Source of the DNA: Ignavibacteria bacterium
Lineage (GTDB): Bacteria; Bacteroidota; Ignavibacteria; Ignavibacteriales; Ignavibacteriaceae
Reading direction: 5' to 3'
Length of the DNA: 64,000 bases
NCBI GenBank assembly: GCA_030684555.1
Contig: JAUXVN010000071.1
Span: 4,197-68,196, forward strand
In this document: positions 1 through 8,898 of the stretch, piece after piece
Position numbering within the stretch: the stretch's first letter is position 1
How the letters are laid out: every line of letters starts with the position of its first letter
Notes under the pieces: model-generated
The model's database searches: none
What the model saw: the letters and a program-made list of their open reading frames with translations, nothing else
Told to the model about the DNA's origin: nothing
Program-made: the position numbers and the translations under genes

Positions 1-645
1 GCTTCTATTGGTGAACCTAAACATCCGGGGACTCTACTTTTTGGTGTCAGCGGGCATGTTAATAAACCCGGTGTTTACGAACTTCCTTCAGGGACTTTAC
101 TAACCGATATTATTTATAATTATGCCGGAGGAGTTCCAGGCAATAAAAAAATAAAATGTGTAATCCCCGGTGGTTCTTCAATGCCTCCGCTTCGCGGTGA
201 TGCTTTAGAAGGTGTAAAGATGGATGCCGAATCTTTACGTGCAGCCGGCTCTGCTATTGGCACCGGTGGTATTATGGTGATGGATGAAGATACTGATCTT
301 GTAAAAGTTCTTGCACGCATAACGAAGTTTTATTACCATGAAAGCTGCGGACAATGCACTCCATGTCGTGAAGGAACCGGATGGATGTTAAAACTCCTTA
401 ACAGAATTGTTGACGGCAAAGGATCATCAAAAGATCTTGATTTGTTGATTAGTGTTGCAAATAATATAGAAGGAAATACTGTTTGTGCACTTGGTGAAGC
501 TGCTGCCTGGCCTGTGAAATTTATGGTAACACGTTTTAGGGATGAGTTTGAAGCTCAAGTTAGAGAAAAAGTTGAATTGGAAGTGAAGAATAAAGTTCAT
601 TCCATGCGTTCAACTGAAACTCCAATAACAAATATTACTGTTTAA
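1..645 (+). CDS. nuoF: NADH-quinone oxidoreductase subunit F, C-terminal part (5' end lies outside the window)
   Basis: Frame 1 is open from base 1 (ASIGEPKHPGTLLFGVSGHVNKPGVYELP...) and runs into the listed ORF. It carries the 4Fe-4S motif ESCGQCTPCREGTGW typical of the 51-kDa subunit. Confidence 0.9.
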   Translation, partial: ASIGEPKHPGTLLFGVSGHVNKPGVYELPSGTLLTDIIYNYAGGVPGNKKIKCVIPGGSSMPPLRGDALEGVKMDAESLRAAGSAIGTGGIMVMDEDTDLVKVLARITKFYYHESCGQCTPCREGTGWMLKLLNRIVDGKGSSKDLDLLISVANNIEGNTVCALGEAAAWPVKFMVTRFRDEFEAQVREKVELEVKNKVHSMRSTETPITNITV

Positions 646-660
646 TTTAATATAGAAATT

Positions 661-732
661 GGCCCCATCGTCTAATGGTTAGGACCTCGCCCTTTCACGG
701 CGGTAATAGGGGTTCGAATCCCCTTGGGGTCA
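661..732 (+). tRNA. tRNA-Glu (anticodon TTC)
   Basis: Cloverleaf by eye: acceptor ggcccca/tggggtc, anticodon arm tcgcc-cTTTCAc-ggcgg, T-arm ggggttcgaatcccc. Identical to the second copy at 23692..23763. Confidence 0.9.
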
Positions 733-738
733 CAAAAG

Positions 739-776
739 AAAAGCCGGTCTGCAATTTCAGATCGGCTTTTTTATTT
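739..776 (+). terminator. Rho-independent terminator after tRNA-Glu
   Basis: Hairpin aaaagccggtct / agatcggctttt (one G-T wobble) followed by a T-run. Confidence 0.7.
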
Positions 777-834
777 AATGTCTCGAGTGAGTATTTGAAA
801 TTCTGTCCGCTTTGTCAGATTAACAACTAGAAAA

Positions 835-1082
835 ATGTCATGTTGATTCGCCGCGGCGAACGATCAGCATCTTTCCAGTATCAGGAAAGATTCCGAAACG
901 AGTTCGGAATGACTGGATGTGTCCTGCTGATGTCGATCAGCATCTTTCTCGTATCAGAGAAGATTCCGAAACGAGTTCGGAATGACCGGATGCATGTCAT
1001 GCTGATGTCGATCAGCATCTTTCTCGTATCAGAGAAGATTCCGAAACGAGTTCGGAATGACTGAATGCGTGTAATGCTGATG
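835..1082. repeat. Tandem array of three 73-75 bp units plus a partial leading unit, each built from three hairpins
   Basis: Units start at 862, 935 and 1010 (gatcagcatctttc...attccgaaacgagttcggaatgac...atgctgatg). The only variable block is about 13 nt (ctggatgtgtcct / ccggatgcatgtcat / ctgaatgcgtgtaat). Confidence 0.85.
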
Positions 1083-1671
1083 GTTCAACTCGTGGATTCT
1101 TTATTTTACTTTTACATATTATTTTCCGGATGTGATTTTGCCAACGCTGACTTTTAAATAAATTTCATTATACTTACAACGAAAATATTTGAAAGTATAT
1201 TCTTAAATACTTTTTACTCTTTTTTATTTGAAGGGGTTCTACTTGTTTTACTTCTTCAGTGCTTCTACCGGAAACGGATTTACATATCGGAGTAATGAAA
1301 CTTCTGATAACTTCAGTGGTTCATCTTCTCTATGTTACTTCACAAAATATTCAAAACTAAATTGTTTGGCATCATGCATCTCTATTCATATATGTTGGAA
1401 TAGAAATGAAAATTAGTCGTGTCAATAATAACCGATTAGACGATTAGCGTTTATGGTTTTTAGTGAGAATTAGTTTTCTTGTTTTGAGATGATGGAAATA
1501 GGTGTTGAATCTCAATAAGTTATTTTGTTTAAGGGAGTTATAGTGATTGGATTAAATTTTAATAAGAGTTTCAGCCCGAAAGGTGTTTCGTACTAATGTT
1601 ACAAAAAATACCCGATGTCAATCGGCTCAGTTAATAGTTATATGCACTAATCACAAATAAAGGAGCTCGAA

Positions 1672-2064
1672 ATGAAAATGTTCTACAAAACCGGTCTGTT
1701 CTTTTCTTTTATTGCAGTTGCAATTTTAACATTCAGCAGTTGTGCAACAATATTCAAAGGTTCAACTGATGATGTTAGTTTTTCTTCTGACCCTACTGGA
1801 GCTAAGGTTTATGTAAATGGAAGTTTATTAGGAACTACTCCAGTTCAGTTAGAATTGAAATCAAAAAATTCATACACCATTGAATTTAAAAAAGATGGAT
1901 ATGAAACTAAAACTGTCTTGCTAAATAATTCAGTTGGTGGCGGTTGGATTGTATTAGATATTTTGGGGGGATTACTTCCAATTATAATTGATGCAGCAAC
2001 TGGTAATTGGTATAGTTTGGACCAAGAACACGTTAATGCAGTTTTGGAACAACAACAGAAATAA
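1672..2064 (+). CDS. PEGA-domain lipoprotein
   Basis: Lipobox LTFSSC after a signal peptide. PEGA-like segment GAKVYVNGSLLGTTPVQLELKSKNSYTIEFKKDGYETK. AAGGAG 8 nt upstream of the ATG. Confidence 0.6.
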   Translation: MKMFYKTGLFFSFIAVAILTFSSCATIFKGSTDDVSFSSDPTGAKVYVNGSLLGTTPVQLELKSKNSYTIEFKKDGYETKTVLLNNSVGGGWIVLDILGGLLPIIIDAATGNWYSLDQEHVNAVLEQQQK

Positions 2065-2459
2065 AATATCATTTATGTATATACTTTATTTATGGCTTTT
2101 TCTCTGTTACAAAATTATCATCTGAGTTAGAGCTATAAATATTTATAAATCTATAATTGAGAAACTGATGAAATTATTTTTTATTTAGTCAATTATAAAA
2201 TTCATAAAAGTGCATATAACCAGCCAATCAAGCGGACGCCGTATTCGCTTTCGGCATTTTATAAATTTTAGGGTTAGCTGTTACGTGTAAAGTTTCTTGT
2301 GCAAAGTAGTCGTTCTTAATTAATTAACTTGCAAACTGTGCTTACGAAGAAAGTTAAGCACAGTTTGCTAAATCATTGGCAGTTGTTTTTTAAGTGGCAG
2401 TCTTGTGTTGGGGCGCCGCTTATCGGCAACGTCGTTAGGCACTTAGCGTAAGGAGACAT

Positions 2460-3509
2460 ATGTATTCATTCAAAGAATTAAAAAATCAGATTGAAATCAC
2501 TGAAACAACAGTCGAATGTCCAGTAAAAAATTGCGACACAAAAGTAGAGAGACAAAAAAAGGAATTTAAACGAGATGAGAGATTTTTATGTATAAAACAT
2601 AGTATTTATATCTCCCCTTCAACATATGAATATGTCAATTATCAAGATAATCTATTATGGAAAGATTATGATGACATACAATTACTTGAATCTATTCTTA
2701 AATCAAAACGTGAAAGTAGAATTTCCAGAGAAAGAAGTGAAGATGCTTTAACTTGGAATGTTTTTCGCTATTTGGATAAAAAGAACGAGTTGGTTGAATG
2801 GTGTTCTGGTTTTGTTAAAAAAAGAGTTAGTTATACAAATATTATTTATTGGTCGTATTGTAAAAATACTAATGGAACATATCCTTTATTAAAAGAAGCA
2901 AGAGCGGAATTTGGCGAAGCTAATAGTAGAGGTTCTGAACCAGATTTAATTATTGAAACGGACAAAGCCTTATTTTTTATTGAATCAAAATTAATGGCTT
3001 CAAATAAAACTAATCCAAGTAATCCAAATGTTACAAAAAAATATTTAACTGGTGGGAGCGAATGGTTTAGTAAAGTATTTAAATCTCCTTACTCTGAAAT
3101 TATTTGCAATTCAAAATATGAACTAATGAGATTTTGGTTATTAGGAACTTGGATGGCATCAAAAACTAAAAAAGAATTTTTCCTTGTTAACTTAGTTCCG
3201 ATTTTTATGGAGGAAGAAATCGAAGCTAATTTTGGAAAACATATTATCCAAAACGAGCAAAGGAAATTTTATAGATTAACTTGGGAAAATATGTTCTCAT
3301 ACATTGATTTGAAGTATCGCACTGATGATGAGAAATTGTTATCAGACTATTTGTTGAATAAAACAATAGGATATAATTCAAATGGTAAATTATCCCGTGC
3401 ATTATTCAATCAATCTTTTACAGATAAAAAAATAGTAATACCAGATACTTCAACACCAGAAGAGGAGGAAGAATTAGGTAGACTAGTTAAAGAGTTGCTA
3501 AAAAAATAG
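2460..3509 (+). CDS. Predicted PD-(D/E)XK-fold nuclease with an N-terminal CCCH zinc-ribbon-like motif; family unknown
   Basis: CPVKNC...CIKH near the N-terminus. SEDALTWNVF, then EPDLIIETDKALFFIESK (E...PD...ExK pattern, nt 2937..2990). AAGGAG upstream of the ATG. Confidence 0.5.
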   Translation: MYSFKELKNQIEITETTVECPVKNCDTKVERQKKEFKRDERFLCIKHSIYISPSTYEYVNYQDNLLWKDYDDIQLLESILKSKRESRISRERSEDALTWNVFRYLDKKNELVEWCSGFVKKRVSYTNIIYWSYCKNTNGTYPLLKEARAEFGEANSRGSEPDLIIETDKALFFIESKLMASNKTNPSNPNVTKKYLTGGSEWFSKVFKSPYSEIICNSKYELMRFWLLGTWMASKTKKEFFLVNLVPIFMEEEIEANFGKHIIQNEQRKFYRLTWENMFSYIDLKYRTDDEKLLSDYLLNKTIGYNSNGKLSRALFNQSFTDKKIVIPDTSTPEEEEELGRLVKELLKK

Positions 3510-3574
3510 AAGCGTGCCTAACCAGCCAATGCTAATGAACTCAAACTTGTAGTTGAGGAGTAAGCATAAGACCA

Positions 3575-3600
3575 ATCCCGAAAGCTTTCGGGATGTTTTT
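3575..3600 (+). terminator. Rho-independent terminator after the 2460..3509 gene
   Basis: Perfect palindrome atcccgaaag/ctttcgggat followed by gttttt. Confidence 0.7.
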
Positions 3601-3760
3601 GTAAGTATTCCATTTGTTTTAGTTGATTCCTTTTTCGGCAAAATCACCTTGTGAATGGTGGGCGATAAGAAAATTTAAAGTGCAACGAATTCTATAAATA
3701 GTAATTAAATCGGCGTTTGGTTTTTAACGTAACACACCGTTATACACAAAGAGTTGAGAT

Positions 3761-4570
3761 ATGACTAATATTGAAATTTTAATTCCAAAACTACGTTCAA
3801 TGAAAAAAGAGATCAAAGTTCATTTGGCTATTTCAGAACGCGATAGATATGAACCACTGTATGCTTTTGTTAATAATAAATTTAAGGTATGGCAAGAAAA
3901 TCAGACCAAAAAAAATTTTGAGAAGCAGTTCATTCTTTCCTTAATTTATTATAGACAGAATGAATGGTTGTTTGCTGGGATTTATAAAAGCATTAGTGTG
4001 AAGCAAATTAATGAAAAACATTATGAGTATGACACAAAATTGCTTGATATAAAAACTGAGCTAATTGGAAGATTGATTATTAATTTCCCAAAAACATTTA
4101 GAGCTTCATACATTCATTATTATAAATATTATCAAGAATTTGAAGTAAGTGAATTATTAAAAAATAGGATAACAATTGAACCATTCCCGGGTTATGAAAA
4201 TGTAATTGTTGACTATGATTATCTAAAATCTATTTACGATAATGAAGATAAATCTTGGAATACTGCTCTAAATTCAGTTTTTGGAATCTATTTAATCGTT
4301 GACAAAAAAAACGGAAAAAATTATGTCGGGTCTGCTTATGGAAAAAATTCTATTTGGAGCAGATGGAATAATTATATTAAAAATGGACATGGCGGGAATA
4401 AAAAATTGGTAAAATTAATACAAAGCAAAGGAATGAGTTATTGCCAAAATTATCAATTTTCTATACTGGAGATATTTTCAAAAGTTATGAGTAAAGATGA
4501 AATAATCAAAAGAGAGTCTTACTGGAAAAAAAAATTGCTCTCACGTGAATTTGGTTACAATGATAACTAA
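3761..4570 (+). CDS. Two-domain protein: uncharacterised ~170-aa N-terminal domain plus C-terminal GIY-YIG nuclease domain
   Basis: C-terminal FGIYLIVDKKNGKNYVGSAYG...IWSRWNNY...RESYWKKKL...GYN matches the GIY...YVG...R...E...N layout of GIY-YIG nucleases (from about nt 4279). Confidence 0.6.
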   Translation: MTNIEILIPKLRSMKKEIKVHLAISERDRYEPLYAFVNNKFKVWQENQTKKNFEKQFILSLIYYRQNEWLFAGIYKSISVKQINEKHYEYDTKLLDIKTELIGRLIINFPKTFRASYIHYYKYYQEFEVSELLKNRITIEPFPGYENVIVDYDYLKSIYDNEDKSWNTALNSVFGIYLIVDKKNGKNYVGSAYGKNSIWSRWNNYIKNGHGGNKKLVKLIQSKGMSYCQNYQFSILEIFSKVMSKDEIIKRESYWKKKLLSREFGYNDN

Positions 4571-4804
4571 GATTTGTTTGTAAAAAGCCAATACACCACA
4601 CCCTATGGATGAGATTGAAACAGAGTGATTGCATTTATTTTATGTAGAAACTATAAGTTTGTGAAATGCAAATGAAGATGTGAATCTCAAGTGTCGTTAC
4701 GTTTAAGTCAATGCGTAATTGAACTCTTTTATAATGTAACATACCATCAAGTTTAATATCTTTATTTATTGAAATATTTGTAAGTTTTAAGGAAATAGAT
4801 TTAT

Positions 4805-6367
4805 ATGGCAAAAAACAATTCTGCAAAAGATGAACCTATCGAAAAACAGCTCTGGAAAGCTGCCGATAAACTACGCAAGAATATTGACGCCGCTGAATAC
4901 AAACACATTGTATTAGGATTAATTTTCCTCAAATACATTTCCGATGCTTTTGAAACTCACTATGAAAAACTAAAACAAGGGGAAGGCGATTTAGTCGGTG
5001 CTGATCCCGAAGACCGTGATGAATATAAAGCAGAAAATATTTTCTTTGTACCACCATCAGCACGATGGTCTTATTTGCAAAAAAGAGCAAAGTTACCCGA
5101 AATAGGAAAAGATGTTGATTCGGCAATGGATGCAATCGAAAGAGATAATGCTTCTCTTAAAGATGTTCTGCCAAAAGTTTTTGCACGAGGCAATCTTGAC
5201 CCAGCAAGTCTTGGCGGTTTGATTGACCTCATCAGTAATATCTCACTTAAGCAAGGAGATGGGAAAGGCGATTTTCTCGGTAAAACCTTCGAGTATTTTC
5301 TCGGTGAGTTTGCATTAGCAGAAGGTAAGAAAGGGGGACAGTTCTATACTCCCCGTTCAGTTGTTGATTTGCTTGTTAAAATGTTGGAGCCGTATAAAGG
5401 ACGGGTACTTGATCCATGCTGCGGTTCCGGTGGTATGTTTGTTCATTCGGAAAAGTTTGTTGAACAACACCAAGGGAATGTAAATGATATTTCCATTTAC
5501 GGACAAGAAAGCAACCAAACAACTTGGCGCTTGGCTAAGATGAATCTTGCCATTCGTGGAATTGACAGCTCACAAGTAAGGTGGAATAACGAAGGTTCGT
5601 TCTTAAATAATTCTCATAAAGATTTGAAAGCCGATTATGTCATTGCAAATCCCCCCTTTAATGATAGCGATTGGAGCGGTGATCTTTTACGTAAAGATGG
5701 AAGATGGCAATATGGCGTTCCACCATCCGGTAATGCGAATTATGCTTGGATACAACATTTTATTTACCACTTAGCACCAAGCGGACAAGCGGGGTTTGTT
5801 CTTGCGAAAGGTTCGCTAACTTCTAAAACTTCCGGTGAAGGAGATATTAGAAAAGTCCTTGTTGAAGCAAGATTAATTGATTGCATAGTTAATCTTCCGG
5901 CAAAACTTTTTTTGAACACTCAGATACCGGCAAGCCTCTGGTTTGTAAGCCGCAATAGAGAGAACCTGCCTACCGGACAGGCAGGCGGAAAATTCCGTAA
6001 CCGAAAAGATAAAATACTTTTTATTGATGCACGTAATTTGGGTTACTTAATTAACCGCCGTACACGCGAACTTTCCGAAGAAGATGTACAAAAGATTACA
6101 TACACTTATCATAACTGGAGAAACCCGAACGGTAATTATGAAGATGTAAAAGGCTTCTGCAATTCCGCATCTGTTGAAAGAGTGAGAGAGCTTGATTACG
6201 TGCTTACCCCCGGGCGATATGTCGGTTTACCGGATGATGAAGATGATTTTGATTTTAATGAGCGCTTTACAACACTTAAATCCGAGTTTGAAGAGCAACT
6301 TAAGGAAGAAGAAAAATTGAATGTTCTGATAAAACAAAATTTGGCTAAAATTACACTTAATGACTGA
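4805..6367 (+). CDS. hsdM: Type I restriction-modification system, N6-adenine DNA methyltransferase subunit
   Basis: HsdM N-terminal domain ([32 protein letters not shown]), SAM motif DPCCGSGGM, catalytic motif IANPPFN. Confidence 0.92.
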   Translation: MAKNNSAKDEPIEKQLWKAADKLRKNIDAAEYKHIVLGLIFLKYISDAFETHYEKLKQGEGDLVGADPEDRDEYKAENIFFVPPSARWSYLQKRAKLPEIGKDVDSAMDAIERDNASLKDVLPKVFARGNLDPASLGGLIDLISNISLKQGDGKGDFLGKTFEYFLGEFALAEGKKGGQFYTPRSVVDLLVKMLEPYKGRVLDPCCGSGGMFVHSEKFVEQHQGNVNDISIYGQESNQTTWRLAKMNLAIRGIDSSQVRWNNEGSFLNNSHKDLKADYVIANPPFNDSDWSGDLLRKDGRWQYGVPPSGNANYAWIQHFIYHLAPSGQAGFVLAKGSLTSKTSGEGDIRKVLVEARLIDCIVNLPAKLFLNTQIPASLWFVSRNRENLPTGQAGGKFRNRKDKILFIDARNLGYLINRRTRELSEEDVQKITYTYHNWRNPNGNYEDVKGFCNSASVERVRELDYVLTPGRYVGLPDDEDDFDFNERFTTLKSEFEEQLKEEEKLNVLIKQNLAKITLND

Positions 6368-6469
6368 AACTTTTACACTTTACAATTGAAAGTAAATCAT
6401 AAATTTTCTTATTTTACTTTTGCGCCCATAAATAAAATATAAATATCCATATTTTAGTTTGAGGAAAGA

Positions 6470-7615
6470 ATGAATTTAAAAGATTTCGTTGCCGGTTCTT
6501 ATAAAAAAGGGTACGAATATCGATACTTTCTCCCGGAAAAAATCAATCACTCGTTTGTTTGGACAGATGAGGTAATTAATGGGCTTCTTGAAAAAGCATC
6601 TCTTAAACTGGGAGAATTAAATTCCTTCTCTAAATTTGTACCTGATATTGATATGTTCATCATTATGCATGTTTACAAGGAAGCAGTTGTTTCAAGCAAA
6701 ATTGAAGGCACAAGAACAAATATAAAAGAGGCATTGGTTGATGCAAAAGATTTGGCACCGGAAAAAAGAGATGATTGGCTTGAAGTTAATAACTATGTTA
6801 AAGCGATGAACAACGCCATCGAAGAATTGAAAAATTTACCTATGTCTAATAGGTTAATAAAAAATACGCATCAAATCTTATTGTCATCTGGTCGAGGAGA
6901 ATATAAAAGTCCCGGTGAATTCCGTGTCTCTCAAAACTGGATTGGCGGCGCCGGCTTAAAAGACGCCGTCTTTATTCCGCCCTCTCACGAAGAGCTGCCC
7001 GATTTGCTCTCAGACTTTGAAAAGTTTCTTAACAATCAGGATATAAGCATACCGCATCTTATCAGGATAGCTATTGCACACTATCAGTTCGAAACAATTC
7101 ACCCATTCCTTGACGGCAACGGCAGAATAGGAAGACTGTTAATTACTTTATACCTGGTATCGAGTGGAATACTTGAAAAACCGCTGTTATACTTATCGGA
7201 ATTCTTTGAGAAGAACAAAACATTATATTATGACAACCTAACATTTGTAAGAACTAAAAACGATTTGGGTCAATGGATAAAGTATTTCCTTACCGGCGTA
7301 ATTCAAACATCGGAAAAATCGGTTAATACTCTTAAAGAAATTGTTGAGCTGAAAAGCACTATTGAGAAAAATAATATTATTGGACTCGGAAGACGCTCGC
7401 AGAATGCGTTAAATTTATTTCACTCTCTTTTCAGTAAACCGATAATAACAATTAAAGATGTCCAAAATGCTGTTAATCTTTCACCCAAAGCAGCTAATGA
7501 TTTGGTAAAGGTGTTTTTGGATAACGATATACTAACGGAAATTACCGGCTATCAAAGAAACCGCATCTTTTTATTCGAGAAATATCTTAAAATGTTCTAC
7601 AGTAATGAACAGTAA
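6470..7615 (+). CDS. Fic family protein (predicted AMPylase, class II autoinhibited type)
   Basis: Canonical Fic motif HPFLDGNGRIGR (nt 7100..7135). N-terminal inhibitory-helix motif SSKIEG, pattern (S/T)xxxE(G/N), at nt 6692..6709. Confidence 0.85.
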   Translation: MNLKDFVAGSYKKGYEYRYFLPEKINHSFVWTDEVINGLLEKASLKLGELNSFSKFVPDIDMFIIMHVYKEAVVSSKIEGTRTNIKEALVDAKDLAPEKRDDWLEVNNYVKAMNNAIEELKNLPMSNRLIKNTHQILLSSGRGEYKSPGEFRVSQNWIGGAGLKDAVFIPPSHEELPDLLSDFEKFLNNQDISIPHLIRIAIAHYQFETIHPFLDGNGRIGRLLITLYLVSSGILEKPLLYLSEFFEKNKTLYYDNLTFVRTKNDLGQWIKYFLTGVIQTSEKSVNTLKEIVELKSTIEKNNIIGLGRRSQNALNLFHSLFSKPIITIKDVQNAVNLSPKAANDLVKVFLDNDILTEITGYQRNRIFLFEKYLKMFYSNEQ

Positions 7616-7773
7616 TTATAAAGGAAAATTTTTATATATGCCGCTTAATATGTATAGAAAATCGAGTTTTGTATATATATCCGGTTCGGTAAGTATTATT
7701 AACCGTATCCGTTTTTATCTGAACGCAAAATTCTATTATATCCGGATTTACAAAGTTAAAATGGCGGTGGCTG

Positions 7774-8898
7774 ATGAGTAGAAAACAATGTTTTCTTGGT
7801 GATGTAATCAAATTTGATAATGGGAAGACGAGACCTAATTCCGATGGTGATCATCCGATTTACGGTGGGAATGGTATTTTAGGGTATACAGCTGAAACAA
7901 ATTATTATAGTGAAACAATTATAATTGGGAGAGTTGGAGCGTATTGTGGTTCTGTCTATTATGAAAACAAACCAATTTGGGTTTCTGATAATGCGCTGGC
8001 TGCAAAACCAAAAGAATTCAACAATGCAAAATATTTGTATTACTTTTTAATAAATCTTCAATTGAATCTATTTGCAGAAGGTTCGAGTCACCCGCTTGTT
8101 ACGCAGACTTTGTTGAATTCTATTGATATAGAGATTAGTGATGATGAGAATGAGCAAAAAGCAATTGCCGGTGTGCTTAGCAGTTTAGATGACAAAATAG
8201 ACCTACTCCACCGCCAAAACAAAGCCCTCGAAGCAATGGCAGAAACACTTTTTAGGCAGTGGTTTGTGGAGGAAAAGGATGAGAGTTGGGAAGTAATTAA
8301 ACTAAAAGAATTCATTAATGTTAAACACGGATATGCTTTTAAGGGAGAGCATATTTCAAATAGTGAACATGATCAAATATTAGTAACGCCGGGAAATTTT
8401 AAGATTGGAGGTGGCTTTAAAATTGAAAAAATAAAATACTACCATGACAAAGATTACCCCAAAAGTTTCATTTTAAAAAAAGGTGACTTAATTGTGACAA
8501 TGACAGACCTAAGTAAAGAAGGTGATACACTTGGATACTCTGCATTGGTTCCAGAATTTGATGACAAAATATTTCTTCATAATCAAAGAATAGGTAAAGT
8601 ATTAATAAAAGATAATATGAGTAAATTTTTTCTTTATTATTTAATGAAAACCGACGAATACCAATGGTACATACACGGCAGTGCTTCTGGTACTTCAATA
8701 AGGCATACGTCTCCAACTTCTATCTGCAACTATGAATTTTCATTACCACCTCAAGAAAAAATTAATGATTTTGAGATTTATTCAGGTAATCTCTATGAAA
8801 AAATTACATATAACCAAAATCAAATCCGCACACTCGAAAAATTGCGAGATACATTATTGCCAAAGTTAATGAGTGGAGAGGTGAGGGTAAAACTATGA
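7774..8898 (+). CDS. hsdS: Type I restriction-modification system specificity subunit
   Basis: Two target-recognition halves separated by a conserved coiled-coil spacer (LDDKIDLLHRQNKALEAMAETLFRQWF), which recurs at the C-terminus (IRTLEKLRDTLLPKLMSGEV). Confidence 0.88.
   Translation: MSRKQCFLGDVIKFDNGKTRPNSDGDHPIYGGNGILGYTAETNYYSETIIIGRVGAYCGSVYYENKPIWVSDNALAAKPKEFNNAKYLYYFLINLQLNLFAEGSSHPLVTQTLLNSIDIEISDDENEQKAIAGVLSSLDDKIDLLHRQNKALEAMAETLFRQWFVEEKDESWEVIKLKEFINVKHGYAFKGEHISNSEHDQILVTPGNFKIGGGFKIEKIKYYHDKDYPKSFILKKGDLIVTMTDLSKEGDTLGYSALVPEFDDKIFLHNQRIGKVLIKDNMSKFFLYYLMKTDEYQWYIHGSASGTSIRHTSPTSICNYEFSLPPQEKINDFEIYSGNLYEKITYNQNQIRTLEKLRDTLLPKLMSGEVRVKL

Noticed and set aside
120-320. 66-aa minus-strand ORF
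   Set aside because: It is antisense within nuoF.
840-1064. 74-aa ORF with internally repeated peptide (SISIFLVSEKIPKRVRND twice)
   Set aside because: It is simply the translation of the tandem DNA repeat. It has no start context and the repeat structure is explained by nucleotide-level hairpins.
835-1082. Possible CRISPR array
   Set aside because: The variable blocks are only about 13 nt and nearly identical to each other. The constant part is about 60 nt and multi-hairpin. There are only three units and no cas genes in the window.
1228-1416. 62-aa ORF in the 1.1-1.67 kb gap
   Set aside because: It has no start context, no motif, and odd composition, so it is not supportable as a gene.
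2331-2368. 14-bp perfect hairpin gcaaactgtgctta-N10-taagcacagtttgc considered as a terminator
   Set aside because: No T-run follows and it is about 270 nt from the preceding stop codon. It is kept only as the internal part of the attC-like block described in the findings.
7774-8898. Phase-variable hsdS shufflon
   Set aside because: There is only one hsdS copy, no inverted partial hsdS, no site-specific recombinase, and no long simple-sequence tract in the gene.
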